Assembly: GCA_965602945.1 (NCBI GenBank)
Contig: CBFDBC010000003.1
Span: forward strand, 1 to 47,169
Source of the DNA: an uncultured bacterium
Lineage (GTDB): Bacteria > Acidobacteriota > Aminicenantia > Aminicenantales > Aminicenantaceae
Length of the DNA: 47,169 bases
Direction of reading: 5' to 3'
A model generated the notes under the pieces. It had not been told where the DNA came from, did no database searches, and worked only from the letters and a program-made list of their open reading frames with translations. How positions within the stretch are numbered: the stretch's first letter is position 1; the number at the start of each line of letters is the position of its first letter. A program made the position numbers and the translations under genes. Below are positions 27,504 through 38,163 of this stretch, one piece after another.

Positions 27504-28784
27504 TCACTGCAGGCTGTTCCGCTGCCGGTGGCGGATAACGATCTTCCCGTTTTTGATCACATGGATCACGGGATTGATCCCGAAATGATAAACCAGGTAC
27601 GCATAATTGGGCGCCTCGCAGAGCACCATGTCCATCCTCTTCCCGACCTCGAGGCTTCCGGCCTCGGAATGACGGTCGATGCCGTATGCGGCATTCAGGG
27701 TCACGGCATGGATGGCTTCCTCGATGGACATTTGGAGGGAATAAACCGCCAGTTGCAGGATGAACATCTGGGACTCCGTCATGGAGCTGCCGGGATTGAA
27801 GTCCGTGGCCAGCGCCACGGCGGCTCCGGCGTCGATCAGTCTTCGCGCAGGCGCTTTCTTATCCTGCATAAGGAAAAACGGGACGCCGGGAAGCAGTATG
27901 GCGGTAGAGGTGCTCTGAGCCATCTTTTCGATGCCCTGGTCGGTGATGGCGATCAGGTGCTCTGCGGATACGGCCCCCTCATCGACGGCCAGTTGGGCGC
28001 CGCCCAGGGGCACGAACTCATCGGCATGCAGCTTGATCTTGAGCCCGGCCTCCTTGGCGGCCCGGATGAGCCGCCGGGACTCATCGATACTGTAAACGCC
28101 CTCTTCGCAGAAGACGTCGAAAAACTCGGCCAGGTTCTTGGCTTTGACCTCAGGCAGGATAGCATGAGTGAGGAGGTCTATGTAAGCTTCTTTCCTGGCC
28201 TTGTATTCCCTGGGCACCTCGTGCGCCCCGAGAAATGTCTTGACGATGTCGATCGGATGTCTCCGGTCCGCTTCCTGCAGGGCCTCGAGCTGTTTCATCT
28301 CATCTTCCAGATTCAGGCCGTAACCGCTCTTGGCTTCCACAGTGGTGGTCCCGTGAAGCAGCATGCTGTCCAGCCTTTCCAGACAGAGGTCCACAAGTTC
28401 CGGAAGGGAGATGCTGCGGGTGGCGTCCACCGTGCTCTGGATGCCCATGCCCCGGGCGGCCAGCTCCCGGTAGGTCGCTCCCTGGATGCGGAGCTGGAAC
28501 TCGTTCTCCCGGCTCCCGCCGAAGGGGAGGTGCGTGTGGGGATCCACGAGCCCGGGAAGGGCGAGCAGGCCTCCAGCGTCCAGCGTGATCCCGTCCGGCT
28601 CCAGCCGGACCTCCCGGGCACAGTCGGATTCATGCCCCACGAAGACGATCTTCCCCCGGAGGGAAGCGATGCAGCCTCCCTCGATCACCCCCAGATCCTG
28701 GAGCGCCTGTTTGCGTTTGGGCGCCGGACCACGGCAGGTGACGAGCTGGCCGCATCCGGAGACGATCAGATCAGCCGATTCCAC
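27504..28784 (-). CDS. hutI: Imidazolonepropionase
   Basis: [51 protein letters not shown]. Confidence 0.95.
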   Translation of the reverse strand: MESADLIVSGCGQLVTCRGPAPKRKQALQDLGVIEGGCIASLRGKIVFVGHESDCAREVRLEPDGITLDAGGLLALPGLVDPHTHLPFGGSRENEFQLRIQGATYRELAARGMGIQSTVDATRSISLPELVDLCLERLDSMLLHGTTTVEAKSGYGLNLEDEMKQLEALQEADRRHPIDIVKTFLGAHEVPREYKARKEAYIDLLTHAILPEVKAKNLAEFFDVFCEEGVYSIDESRRLIRAAKEAGLKIKLHADEFVPLGGAQLAVDEGAVSAEHLIAITDQGIEKMAQSTSTAILLPGVPFFLMQDKKAPARRLIDAGAAVALATDFNPGSSMTESQMFILQLAVYSLQMSIEEAIHAVTLNAAYGIDRHSEAGSLEVGKRMDMVLCEAPNYAYLVYHFGINPVIHVIKNGKIVIRHRQRNSLQ

Positions 28785-29994
28785 GGGGGGTTTTCCTCAT
28801 TGCAGCACTTTTATTCCTCCGGATAAAGGAGGGCGTCTCGTAGGAATCCCACTGCTTCTCCCAGGAGGGCCGTTCCATCTTGTCCCACATGGGCTCGTTC
28901 CCCTTGGGTTCGAACACGTAGGGAGGAGTTTTGTGCGGGACCTGGAAGGGGGGAGGGCTCTCATGGCGGGGGTGCGACACCAGGTCCTGGGGGGTGATCG
29001 TCTCCTGCTGTTCGGTCCGGTCGAAACCGGTGGCGATGACCGTGACTTTGACCACTTCCTTGAGAGACTCATCGATGACCGTGCCGAAGATGATATTGGC
29101 TTCAGGGTGCGCCTGACTGTGTATGAGCTCCGAGGCTTTGGAGACCTCGTGCAGCCGTATGTCCTTGCTGCCCGTGATGTTGATCAGCACGCCGTGGGCG
29201 CCGGCGATGGACGTGTCCACCAGCAGCGGCGAGGAGATCGCTTTCTGAGCGGCGTCGACGGCCCGGTTCTCCCCGGAGGCGATCCCGGTCCCCATGAAGG
29301 CCATCCCCATTCCCTTCATGATGGATTTCACGTCGGCGAAATCCAGGTTGATGAGGCCGGGCCGGGTGATGAGGTCCGAGATCCCCTGCACCGCCTGGCG
29401 CAGTATGTCGTCGGCCATGCGGAATGCATCCTGGATGGATGTGTCCAGGTTCACCGTTTCCAGGAGCCTCTCGTTGGGAATGGAAATGACGGTGTCGACG
29501 GCGCCCTTCAGCTCCTCGAGTCCCTCGTGCGCCTGCTTCATTCGGATCTTCCCCTCGAAACCGAAGGGGAGGGTCACGATGGCGATGGCCAGGATATCCA
29601 GTTCCGAGGCCAGGTTGGCCAGCACCGGTGTCGCTCCCGTGCCGGTCCCGCCTCCCAGGCCGGCGGTGAGGAACACCATGTCGGCCCCCTCGACGAGGTC
29701 GAGCAGTTTCTCGGTGTCCTCCATGGCTGCCTCCCGGCCGATATCCGGCCGGCCGCCGGAACCCAGCCCCTTGGAGAGCTGGTTGCCGATCTGAAGTTTT
29801 GTGCCGGCTTTGTTGCTGTCCAGCGCCTGCAGGTCCGTGTTGACGGCGATGAACTCCACGCCTGCGATCTGGGCATCGATCATGCGGTTGACGGCGTTCC
29901 CTCCGCCGCCTCCCAGTCCGATGACCTTGATCTTGGCGCCTTGTGATTCATCCACCAGATGAAATTTGAGTTTGCTGCGCAACTCCTCACTCAT
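28771..29994 (-). CDS. ftsZ: Cell division protein FtsZ
   Basis: [29 protein letters not shown]-terminal ETPSFIR; start trimmed to MSEEL behind AGGAGG. Confidence 0.97.
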   Translation of the reverse strand: MSEELRSKLKFHLVDESQGAKIKVIGLGGGGGNAVNRMIDAQIAGVEFIAVNTDLQALDSNKAGTKLQIGNQLSKGLGSGGRPDIGREAAMEDTEKLLDLVEGADMVFLTAGLGGGTGTGATPVLANLASELDILAIAIVTLPFGFEGKIRMKQAHEGLEELKGAVDTVISIPNERLLETVNLDTSIQDAFRMADDILRQAVQGISDLITRPGLINLDFADVKSIMKGMGMAFMGTGIASGENRAVDAAQKAISSPLLVDTSIAGAHGVLINITGSKDIRLHEVSKASELIHSQAHPEANIIFGTVIDESLKEVVKVTVIATGFDRTEQQETITPQDLVSHPRHESPPPFQVPHKTPPYVFEPKGNEPMWDKMERPSWEKQWDSYETPSFIRRNKSAAMRKTPRGIG

Positions 29995-30014
29995 GCTTTC
30001 CTCCTGATAATTTT

Positions 30015-31238
30015 TTATGTTTCTTTCAGCCATTCCTTCATTTTTGACCAAAAGGTTTTCTTCTTGTCTTTGGATATCCCGTGGGTCTTCCACTGGCTGA
30101 AGCCGAACAGGATGAGACCCACGGCCGTAGCGTAATCCGGTGTGTTCACCCGATCCACCAGGCCTCCGATGCCCGCAGGATCTCCCCGCCGGACCGGGAG
30201 GTCGAAGACATTCTCCGCCACCTCTTCCAGCCCGTCCAGCAGGGCCGTCCCACCGGTGAACACGACCCCCGAGTTGAGGGACTTCTCGTAACCCATGCGT
30301 TTGATGTCGTTGTCCACCAGCCGGAAGATCTCCTCGGCCCGGGGCTGGATGATGTCCGCCAGCAGCTGGCGCGAAAGCACGCGGGCCTTCTTGCCCCGCC
30401 CCACCGAGGGGACCTCGATGGTCTCCTGGTCTTCTATAATCGGGGTGGCCGCGCACCCGAATTTCTTTTTGATCTTCTCGGCATCCGGGATCGGGGTACG
30501 CAGCCCCACGGCTATGTCGTTGGTGAAGTTGTCTCCTCCAATGGGGATGACCGATGTGTACCATAGGCTTCCCCGTTCGAATATGGCCACTTCGGTGGTT
30601 CCCCCTCCGATATCGATCAGCCCCACACCCAGCTCCATCTCGTCATGCGTCAGGATGGAGTGAGAGGTGGCGATCTGGCTGAGCACGATCTGTTCGATCT
30701 CGATCCCGGCCCGGGCGATGCAGGTTTTAAGGTTCTGCACCGAGGTTACGGCTCCTGTCACGATGTGCACATTGACCTCGAGCTTGATGCCGCTCATGCC
30801 CATCGGGTCCTTGATGCCGTCCTGCTCGTCCACCACGAACTCCTGCGGGATGATGTGGATGATCTCCCTGTCGGGGGGGATGGAAACGGCCTTGGATTGG
30901 TCGATCACGCGTTTCACGTCTTCCCGGCTGATCTCGCGGTTTTTCCCGGATACGGCGATCACTCCCCGGCTGTTGAAACTCTTGATGTGTGCCCCGGAGA
31001 TGCCGATGAAGCCGGAATCGATCTCCACTCCGGCCATGAGTTCCGCCTCCTCCTGGGATTTTTTGATGGCGTCCACGGTGGCTTCCAGGTTGACCACCAC
31101 TCCCTTCCGCAGGCCGCGGGAATCGGCGGTGCCGATCCCGATGATCTCGATCTTCCTGTCTTCCGTGATCTCTCCGATAATACAGGTCACCGATTTGGTG
31201 CCGATGTCGATCCCCACGATGTATCCGTTCTTGGGCAT
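30015..31238 (-). CDS. ftsA: Cell division protein FtsA
   Basis: [24 protein letters not shown]-terminal amphipathic KMKEWL. Confidence 0.97.
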   Translation of the reverse strand: MPKNGYIVGIDIGTKSVTCIIGEITEDRKIEIIGIGTADSRGLRKGVVVNLEATVDAIKKSQEEAELMAGVEIDSGFIGISGAHIKSFNSRGVIAVSGKNREISREDVKRVIDQSKAVSIPPDREIIHIIPQEFVVDEQDGIKDPMGMSGIKLEVNVHIVTGAVTSVQNLKTCIARAGIEIEQIVLSQIATSHSILTHDEMELGVGLIDIGGGTTEVAIFERGSLWYTSVIPIGGDNFTNDIAVGLRTPIPDAEKIKKKFGCAATPIIEDQETIEVPSVGRGKKARVLSRQLLADIIQPRAEEIFRLVDNDIKRMGYEKSLNSGVVFTGGTALLDGLEEVAENVFDLPVRRGDPAGIGGLVDRVNTPDYATAVGLILFGFSQWKTHGISKDKKKTFWSKMKEWLKET

Positions 31239-31241
31239 ATT

Positions 31242-32108
31242 CTATCTCCTTTCCGGAGCAGGACCCTGTCCCGGCATCCCGGCCAGCGGTTTGAGTACGA
31301 CCTGGTCAACCAGGCTGAGGTCCACGTATTCCAGCGGGGGCCCGCTTTCCAGATAAGCGCGTTCCGTCCGGAAATTGTCCATTTTTTCCGCGAATCGATC
31401 CCGCCCGAAAAACAGCCAGGCCGGGAAGTCGATCCTCTTGGCCTTGATGTCCGTGAGGGAACCGACATCGACGACCTCGATCCTGGCCCGGTCTTCCGGA
31501 GCCAACTCGTCCAGGAACCTCCAGGCCAGGGCCAGTTTTTCCTGCCTGTATGCCTGGAAACGGTTTTTGTCCACGATAGTCGGCAGCTCCCATCCTGTCC
31601 GCTGGGCCGCCGGCGCCAGCTCCAGCTCCACGTTGTCCCGATCGATGAGCACCCAGCGCTCCTGCTCGAGCAGCGCGGCAGGGACCCGTTCGTTGATCTC
31701 GATCCTGAGTGTGGATGGAAAATGCTTCCGGATGCGGACCGCCTTAATCCAGGAGTGCGCCTCCAGTGAGCCGCGCAGCCGTTTGATATCCAGCAGGAAC
31801 AGGTTGCCCGCGACATGCTCTTCCAACCAGCCGGCCGCCGCCGACTGAAGCCCCGGCTTGCGGCAGAGGACCTCGATGCTTTCGATGTTCAGTCGGTCCC
31901 ATCCCATCAGGAAGAGCAGCCCCTGTTGGGCTCCCACGAAAAGCCCGGCTGTCAGGATCAGGCTGAATCCAACGTGCCGCATCTTCACCCGAAACTTCCT
32001 CTGGATCTTTTTGGTCTTGACCTCGGCATCGCGTCGGCGGTACCGGGCAGGCTCGCCGAGGAGAGGCTCGATGCGGATCCTGAACGGGGGATGGAGGTTG
32101 ACGGCCAT
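31242..32108 (-). CDS. ftsQ: Cell division protein FtsQ/DivIB
   Basis: TM helix, POTRA-like WIKAVRIRKHFPSTLRIEINERVP, YVDL; position before ftsA. Confidence 0.85.
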   Translation of the reverse strand: MAVNLHPPFRIRIEPLLGEPARYRRRDAEVKTKKIQRKFRVKMRHVGFSLILTAGLFVGAQQGLLFLMGWDRLNIESIEVLCRKPGLQSAAAGWLEEHVAGNLFLLDIKRLRGSLEAHSWIKAVRIRKHFPSTLRIEINERVPAALLEQERWVLIDRDNVELELAPAAQRTGWELPTIVDKNRFQAYRQEKLALAWRFLDELAPEDRARIEVVDVGSLTDIKAKRIDFPAWLFFGRDRFAEKMDNFRTERAYLESGPPLEYVDLSLVDQVVLKPLAGMPGQGPAPERR

Positions 32109-32113
32109 GGTTC

Positions 32114-33496
32114 CTAATTAGCCTCCAGTCTCTCGATGATATCGGGGATGACCTGGTAGATGCTCCCCGCTCCCATGACGATGATGATGTCCCCGGGTTG
32201 TGCCAGCGCGGCAACCCGCTCGACCACACCATCGAGCTCGGGCTCGAAGAACACGCCCTTGTGTCCGAATTTCTGGATCTCGGCACAGAGTGCCTCGCCG
32301 GTGATACCCGGCACAGGCTGTTCCCCGGCCGGATAGATCTCCGTGCTGATCAGGATGTCAGCCTGGTTGAAGCTGGTGGCGAACTCATCCATCAGGAGCG
32401 ACATCCGGGAGTAGCGGTGGGGTTGGAAGACCCCGACCACACGCCGCTTCCACCCCTTCCTGGCTGCCTCCAGGGTGGCGCTGATCTCCGTGGGATGGTG
32501 CGCATAGTCCTCGATGATGAGGATATCCTTCACCTCTTTCTTCAGCTCGAACCGCCGGCCGATGCCGGTGTAGCTCTCCAGGCCCTGTAGGATGCTGGGC
32601 ACGGGGATCTCGAGATCCATGCACACGGCCAGGGCGGCCATGGAGTTGTAGATGCTGTGGATCCCGGGGACGTTGAGCTTGAGCGTGCCCAGCTGCTGTC
32701 CCAGGTGGTGTACCTGCGACGTGCTCGAAAAGTGGTCGAATACGGGATCGGAGGCATAGATGTCCGCCTGCGTGGAGAAGCCGTAGGTGATGATCTTGCG
32801 CTTCAGTTCGGGGATCAGGCTCTGCAGGTTGGCGTCGTCCAGGCAGAGGATGATGGGGCAGTAGAAGGGGACCTTGTTGGCGAAGTTGACGAAGGTCCTT
32901 TTGATCTCATCGATCGTGTGGTATTGGTCCAGGTGTTCGGCGTCCAGGTTCGTGAGCACCGCGATGTAGGGCGAGAGGTAGAGGAAGGATCGGTCGCTCT
33001 CGTCCGCCTCGGCCACGATGTAGTCTCCCGCTCCCAGCTTGCCGTAAGCCCCGATGGTGTTGAGGCGCCCCCCCACGATGATGGTGGGATCCTTCCCCGC
33101 CGTCTCCAGCACCTGGGCGATCATGGAGGTGGTGGAGGTCTTGCCGTGCGAGCCGGCCACCGCGATCCCGTCCTTGAGCCGCATGAGCTCCGCCAGCATC
33201 TCCGCCCTGGGGATGACTGGGATCTTGAGCCGCCGCGCCTCCTGGACCTCGATGTTGTCCTCGTGGATGGCGGAGGATATGACGACCACGTCTGCTCCTT
33301 CCACCAGGCCGGACTTGTGACCGATGCTGATCCTTGCACCCAGCCCGGTCAGCCGCCGTGTGGATTGATTCTCGGCCATGTCCGATCCGGAGATCTGGTA
33401 GCCCAGGTTGGCCAGCACCTCGGCGATGCCGTTCATGCCTGTGCCCCCGATCCCCACCATGTGGATGTGCTTGAGTTTTCTACTGGGCCTGACCAC
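32114..33496 (-). CDS. murC: UDP-N-acetylmuramate--L-alanine ligase
   Basis: HMVGIGGTGM, GSHGKTSTT, EADESD, DYAHHPTE, FQPHRYSR; GTG start behind AAGGAGG. Confidence 0.96.
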   Translation of the reverse strand: MVRPSRKLKHIHMVGIGGTGMNGIAEVLANLGYQISGSDMAENQSTRRLTGLGARISIGHKSGLVEGADVVVISSAIHEDNIEVQEARRLKIPVIPRAEMLAELMRLKDGIAVAGSHGKTSTTSMIAQVLETAGKDPTIIVGGRLNTIGAYGKLGAGDYIVAEADESDRSFLYLSPYIAVLTNLDAEHLDQYHTIDEIKRTFVNFANKVPFYCPIILCLDDANLQSLIPELKRKIITYGFSTQADIYASDPVFDHFSSTSQVHHLGQQLGTLKLNVPGIHSIYNSMAALAVCMDLEIPVPSILQGLESYTGIGRRFELKKEVKDILIIEDYAHHPTEISATLEAARKGWKRRVVGVFQPHRYSRMSLLMDEFATSFNQADILISTEIYPAGEQPVPGITGEALCAEIQKFGHKGVFFEPELDGVVERVAALAQPGDIIIVMGAGSIYQVIPDIIERLEAN

Positions 33497-33497
33497 C

Positions 33498-34589
33498 TCA
33501 TCGCCTCCTTTGCATAAGTTCCATACACAGGTCCGCGATCCTGTCCGTGACACCGGTGGGCGTCTTCAGCCGGGAGAGGTTCTGCTCCATCCGGGTTATC
33601 CTGTCCATGCCGTTTTCCATGAAAAGTCCGACTTCCCGCGCGAAGACCTCCGGAGTGAATTCCGTTTCCGTGAACACCACCGCCCCCTCGACCTTTTCCA
33701 GTTCCCGCGCATTGAACGCCTGATGGTCATCGGTGGCGCGGGCGAAGGGCACCAGCAAGGAAGCCTTGCGGGCCGCGATCAGTTCCGCCAGGGTGGATGC
33801 TCCGGCCCGGCTCACGACCAGGTCGGCTTCCTGGAAGAGAGCGGGCATATCGAAGAAATAGGCCTCCACGACCGCATCTGCGAAGCCCTCCCGGCTGTAG
33901 TTTTCGGCGACCCAGGCCCGGTCCTTTTCACCGGTCTGATGGAAGAGGCGCAGCCGTTCCTTCATGTCCTTAAGCAGGGGCAGGGAGTCCACGACCTGCC
34001 GGTTGAGGAAATGCGAGCCCTGGCTGCCCCCGAAGATCAGGACCGTCAGCCGGCTTCCCCGTTCCTTGACGGGGAGGCTGTAAAACTCCTCCCGCACCGG
34101 ATTACCCAGGAACACGCCCTTTCCCTTGAAATCAGGCAGCGAGCTCTCGAAGGCGGCCACGGCCTTGTCCACGTGAGGCAGCAGCCGCCGGTTCGTGAAT
34201 CCCGGGTGCCGGTTCTGTTCCAGGATCAGCGTGGGGATCTTCATGCGGGAGGCCAGCAGGACCACCGGGCCGGCGCTGTAGCCGCCCACGCCTATGACCA
34301 GTCCGGGCCTGAGGCGGCGAAGCAGGCGGAAGGACTGCCAGAAGGCCCTGGGAAGCAGCAGGAGCGCGCGGAGGGTCTTCCAGCCACGGCCCTTGAGGCC
34401 TTCGATCCGCAGCGGGACGAAGTCCACGTTGTACTCCTGCATGATCCGTTTCTCCAGCGCCCGGCTGCTGCCGATGTAGGTGATCTCAGTGTCAGGCTCC
34501 CTCTCCAGCAACTTCCGGCCCAGAGCCAAAGCGGGATAGAGGTGCCCCGCCGTCCCCCCCCCGCTGATGAAGATCCGTGGCGTGCTCAT
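33498..34589 (-). CDS. murG: Undecaprenyl-PP-MurNAc-pentapeptide GlcNAc transferase
   Basis: GGGTAGHLYP, GGY, EQN, GNPVR, GGSQGS, SRAGAST, DHQAFNA. Confidence 0.96.
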   Translation of the reverse strand: MSTPRIFISGGGTAGHLYPALALGRKLLEREPDTEITYIGSSRALEKRIMQEYNVDFVPLRIEGLKGRGWKTLRALLLLPRAFWQSFRLLRRLRPGLVIGVGGYSAGPVVLLASRMKIPTLILEQNRHPGFTNRRLLPHVDKAVAAFESSLPDFKGKGVFLGNPVREEFYSLPVKERGSRLTVLIFGGSQGSHFLNRQVVDSLPLLKDMKERLRLFHQTGEKDRAWVAENYSREGFADAVVEAYFFDMPALFQEADLVVSRAGASTLAELIAARKASLLVPFARATDDHQAFNARELEKVEGAVVFTETEFTPEVFAREVGLFMENGMDRITRMEQNLSRLKTPTGVTDRIADLCMELMQRRR

Positions 34590-35704
34590 TTTCTCCTCTG
34601 GGGGGTCTTCCTCTGCGAGATGTGAAGGAGCAGCCCGACAGCGAACAGGGTGCAGATCAGGGACGACCGGCCGTAGCTGAAGAAGGGCAGCGGCAGGCCG
34701 GTGGTTGGCGCCAGACCCAGCACGATGCTGATGTTAAGGAGAGCCTGGATGCCGATCGCCAGGGTCAGGCCGGCGGCCAGGACCCGGCTGTAGGATTCCG
34801 GGGCCCGCCGGGAGATCACCAGCCCGCGCCAGATGAAGACCCCGAACAGGAAAAGCACCCCGAGCGCCCCGATCAATCCCAACTCCTCGCCTACGATGGA
34901 GTATATGTAGTCGGTGTGGGAGTCGGGCAGGTAGTAAAGCTTCCCGGAGCCCTGCCCGATGCTGGATCCGAAGATGCCTCCCGAACCGAGCGCGAGCTTG
35001 GATTGATAGGCCTGATACCCCGCGTCATGCAGGTTGGCTTCCGGGGAGATGAAGGACATGATCCGTTCGCGGACGTAGGCGGGTGCCTGGAGGATGATCG
35101 CCGTAAGCAGGGCGGATGCGCTCAGCCCCAGCACGAAGAGATGCGAAAGCCGGACTCCGCCCAGGAACAGCATCGTGGCGCAGATCGCCGCTATCAGGAG
35201 GGCCGTGCTGACATCGGGTTCCTTGAAGACCAGGAGGATCACCACGCCGATCACACCGAGGGGCAGGGCCAGGGTGCGGGGATCGTTCAGGGCGTCCTTC
35301 TTTCTGTCGAGATAGTACGCCAGGAAAATCACCAGGCTGATCTTGGTCAGCTCAGAGGGCTGGAACCGGAATCCGGCTAGGTGGATCCACCGGTTGGCGT
35401 TGCGGATGGCTGGCATGAACAGCGCCAGGGACAGCAGTCCGATAGACAGGGTCAATGCCCCGTAGACGAACACCGGATTCCGGTAGAAGGGCTTGGACCA
35501 GGACATTATGACGAGGAGCAGGGCCAGGCCGGCCGCGGCACCGAAAACCTGCTGCACGAAGTAGTAGAACGAGTTCCCGCGCTCTTCGATCCCGCGGGGC
35601 GCGGAGGAGCTGAACACCATGACCAGCCCAAAGGCGATCAGGGCGAGTACGGCCAGGAACAGCAGCTTGTCGAAGCCGTACCGGCGGTAGATTTCCCTGC
35701 TCAT
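34586..35704 (-). CDS. ftsW: SEDS peptidoglycan polymerase FtsW
   Basis: GLVMVFSSS, ANRW, FQPSE, EPD, GYQ, LPDSHTD, GEELG, GLPLPFFSYGRSS; start trimmed to MSREI. Confidence 0.95.
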   Translation of the reverse strand: MSREIYRRYGFDKLLFLAVLALIAFGLVMVFSSSAPRGIEERGNSFYYFVQQVFGAAAGLALLLVIMSWSKPFYRNPVFVYGALTLSIGLLSLALFMPAIRNANRWIHLAGFRFQPSELTKISLVIFLAYYLDRKKDALNDPRTLALPLGVIGVVILLVFKEPDVSTALLIAAICATMLFLGGVRLSHLFVLGLSASALLTAIILQAPAYVRERIMSFISPEANLHDAGYQAYQSKLALGSGGIFGSSIGQGSGKLYYLPDSHTDYIYSIVGEELGLIGALGVLFLFGVFIWRGLVISRRAPESYSRVLAAGLTLAIGIQALLNISIVLGLAPTTGLPLPFFSYGRSSLICTLFAVGLLLHISQRKTPQRRK

Positions 35705-37071
35705 TCCGGCTCCTCCCCCGGGTCCTGCTGAAGCGACAAAACCTCCTGTTTGAACACCTCTCCCCGGTGCTCGAAGCTGCGGAACATGTCGAAGCTTGTG
35801 CATGCCGGTGCCAGCAGCACAACGTCTCCCTCTGCGGCCAGGGAGTGCGCGGTCCGGACCGCATCCCGCATGGTTTTCGTCCTTTCCATGGGCACGGTGC
35901 CCTGCAGCTCCGAAAAGATGAGGGAAGAGGCCTCGCCCAGGAGTACGACTCCCTTCACCCGCGACTTGACCGGTTCACGCAGCGTCTGGAAATTGCCGCC
36001 CTTGTCCCTTCCTCCCAGGATCAGCACGATGGGCTGGGAGAAACTGTTCAGAGACTTGAGGGTGGCATCCACGTTGGTGGCCTTGGAATCGTTGTAAAAG
36101 ACCACGCCCGCCAGATCGAGCACCTTTTCCAGGCGGTGCTCCAACGCCCGGAATCCCCTGATCCCTGACTTGATGCGGAGCAGCGGGACATCCAGCGCAT
36201 GGGCTGCCAGTGCGGCGGCCATGATGTTCTCGATGTTATGGCGTCCGATAAGCGGGAGGTCGCTTAGGGGGATCAGCTGTTCGGTCCGGCCGGCCTCCGC
36301 CAGCATGATCAGCCCCTGATCGGCATAGCAGCCGGGGACCACGCGCTTCTGCTGGCTGAATCCCAGCGTCCGGAAAGGGCCGCTGTCCCGGAGCCCCCAG
36401 ACCAGGGTATCATCCCGGTTCAGCACGGCGGCCTCCTCCCGGGTCAAGCGTGACAGAATCTTTTGTTTGGATGCGAAGTAATCCTCGAAGTCCGGGTGCC
36501 AGTCCAGGTGGTCGGGAGAGATGTTGAGGAACACGGATACGTCGGGCCTCAGGGTTTCGGTGAGCGCCAGCTGGAAGCTGGACAGTTCTGTCACGTAGAT
36601 GTGGTCGTCGCAGCTGTCGTCCACGAAAGCGATGAGAGGCATTCCGATGTTGCCCGCCAGAAAGGCGGGCAGGTCGGCCTCGCTCAGGATCCGGTGTATC
36701 AGGGTCGTGACCGTGGACTTGCCGTTGGAACCCGTGACACCAACGATCCGGCCCTTGAGGAAGCGGCTCGCCAGCTCGACTTCAGACAGGACGGGGATGC
36801 CTCTCTCTCTTGCGGCTTCCATCTCCGGTATGACGGGGACGCCGGGGCTGGGAATGATCAGGTCGGAGGTCAGGAAGGAGGCTCGGTCATGGCCTCCGGT
36901 CTCGAACCGGACGCCCGGTATCTGCCAGCGCGCCAGGGCATCCTCCAACTCGGTGGAAGAGCGTTTTTCGCTGATCGTGACCTTGGCCCCGCGGTCCAAC
37001 GCGAAACGGCAGACGGCTTCCCCTGTCAGGCCGAAGCCGACTATGAGCAGTTCCTTGTCTTTCAGTTCCAT
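35701..37071 (-). CDS. murD: UDP-N-acetylmuramoylalanine--D-glutamate ligase
   Basis: SPGVP, TGSNGKSTVT, ELSSFQL, DHLDWH, HRLE, NDSKATN, GGRDKG. Confidence 0.96.
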   Translation of the reverse strand: MELKDKELLIVGFGLTGEAVCRFALDRGAKVTISEKRSSTELEDALARWQIPGVRFETGGHDRASFLTSDLIIPSPGVPVIPEMEAARERGIPVLSEVELASRFLKGRIVGVTGSNGKSTVTTLIHRILSEADLPAFLAGNIGMPLIAFVDDSCDDHIYVTELSSFQLALTETLRPDVSVFLNISPDHLDWHPDFEDYFASKQKILSRLTREEAAVLNRDDTLVWGLRDSGPFRTLGFSQQKRVVPGCYADQGLIMLAEAGRTEQLIPLSDLPLIGRHNIENIMAAALAAHALDVPLLRIKSGIRGFRALEHRLEKVLDLAGVVFYNDSKATNVDATLKSLNSFSQPIVLILGGRDKGGNFQTLREPVKSRVKGVVLLGEASSLIFSELQGTVPMERTKTMRDAVRTAHSLAAEGDVVLLAPACTSFDMFRSFEHRGEVFKQEVLSLQQDPGEEPE

Positions 37072-38160
37072 TTATCTGATCTTTAAGGTGGTCAGGCTGA
37101 AGAGAGCGAATATGATGGCCGCGATCCAGAACCGCACCACGATCTTGGACTCCGACCAGCCCATGAGCTCGAAATGATGGTGGATGGGGGCCATCTTGAA
37201 GATGCGCTTGCCCCCGCTGAGCTTGAAATACCCCACCTGGAGCAGGACCGAGAGCTCCTCCAGGATGAACACTCCGGCCACCATGAAGAGCAGGAATTCC
37301 TGTTTGATCATGATGGCCACCAGGCCCACGGTAGCACCCAGAGACAGGGCGCCGGTATCACCCATGAAGACCTCGGCCGGGTGACAGTTGTACCACAGGA
37401 ATCCCAGGCACGCCCCGGCCATGGCGCCCAGGAAGATCGTCAGCTCCGAGGCCAGTTCGACCCTGGGGATGTCGAGATAGGTGGACCAGCGCGCATCCCC
37501 CGCGATGTAACAGATGGCGGTGAAAGAGGCCACGGAGATGAGTGCCAGCCCGATGGCCAGCCCGTCCAGGCCGTCTGCCAGGTTCACGGCATTGGAGGAG
37601 GCGGTGATGATGAACATGATCCAGGGGAAGTAGAAAAAGCCCAGGTAGGGCGTGAAATTCTTGAAGAAGGGGACCGACAGGCGCAGGTCGAACTCGCCTC
37701 GGCTCCCCAGATAGAGCAGGATGATGCCGGCCACTCCTCCCAGGATGATCTGAAAAATGAACTTGGTGCGGGCGATCAGGCCCGCGGGTTTTTTCTTTTT
37801 GACCTGGAGGAAGTCGTCCCAGAATCCGAGCGCCCCGAACAGGACCAGGGTGATCACGGCCAGCCACACATAGGTGTTGTAGAGGTCGGCCCAGAGCAGT
37901 GTGGGTACGAGCGTGCAGGCGATGATGAGGAAGCCGCCCATGGTCGGGGTTCCCCGTTTGGTAATATGGGACTGGGGTCCCTCGTCCCGGATCTCCTCCC
38001 CGATCTGGAGCTTCTTGAGCAGCTTGATGAGCAGGGGGCCCAGGAGCAGGGTGAGAAGGAGTGCCGTGCTTCCCGCCAGGAAGGTCCGGACCGTGATGTA
38101 ACGGAACACGTTGAAGAAACTGATGTATTCCTTCAGTGGGACGAGCAGCCAGTACAGCAT
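37072..38160 (-). CDS. mraY: Phospho-N-acetylmuramoyl-pentapeptide transferase
   Basis: GTPTMGG, WDD, NAVNLADGLDGL, FMGDTG, MAPIHHHFE. Confidence 0.97.
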   Translation of the reverse strand: MLYWLLVPLKEYISFFNVFRYITVRTFLAGSTALLLTLLLGPLLIKLLKKLQIGEEIRDEGPQSHITKRGTPTMGGFLIIACTLVPTLLWADLYNTYVWLAVITLVLFGALGFWDDFLQVKKKKPAGLIARTKFIFQIILGGVAGIILLYLGSRGEFDLRLSVPFFKNFTPYLGFFYFPWIMFIITASSNAVNLADGLDGLAIGLALISVASFTAICYIAGDARWSTYLDIPRVELASELTIFLGAMAGACLGFLWYNCHPAEVFMGDTGALSLGATVGLVAIMIKQEFLLFMVAGVFILEELSVLLQVGYFKLSGGKRIFKMAPIHHHFELMGWSESKIVVRFWIAAIIFALFSLTTLKIR

Positions 38161-38163
38161 GGT

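Noticed and set aside
29995-30564. Apparent N-terminal extension of FtsZ (similarly MurE 41014-41574, FtsW, MurC)
   Set aside because: Overlaps the upstream gene in another frame; good RBS or coupled starts exist downstream
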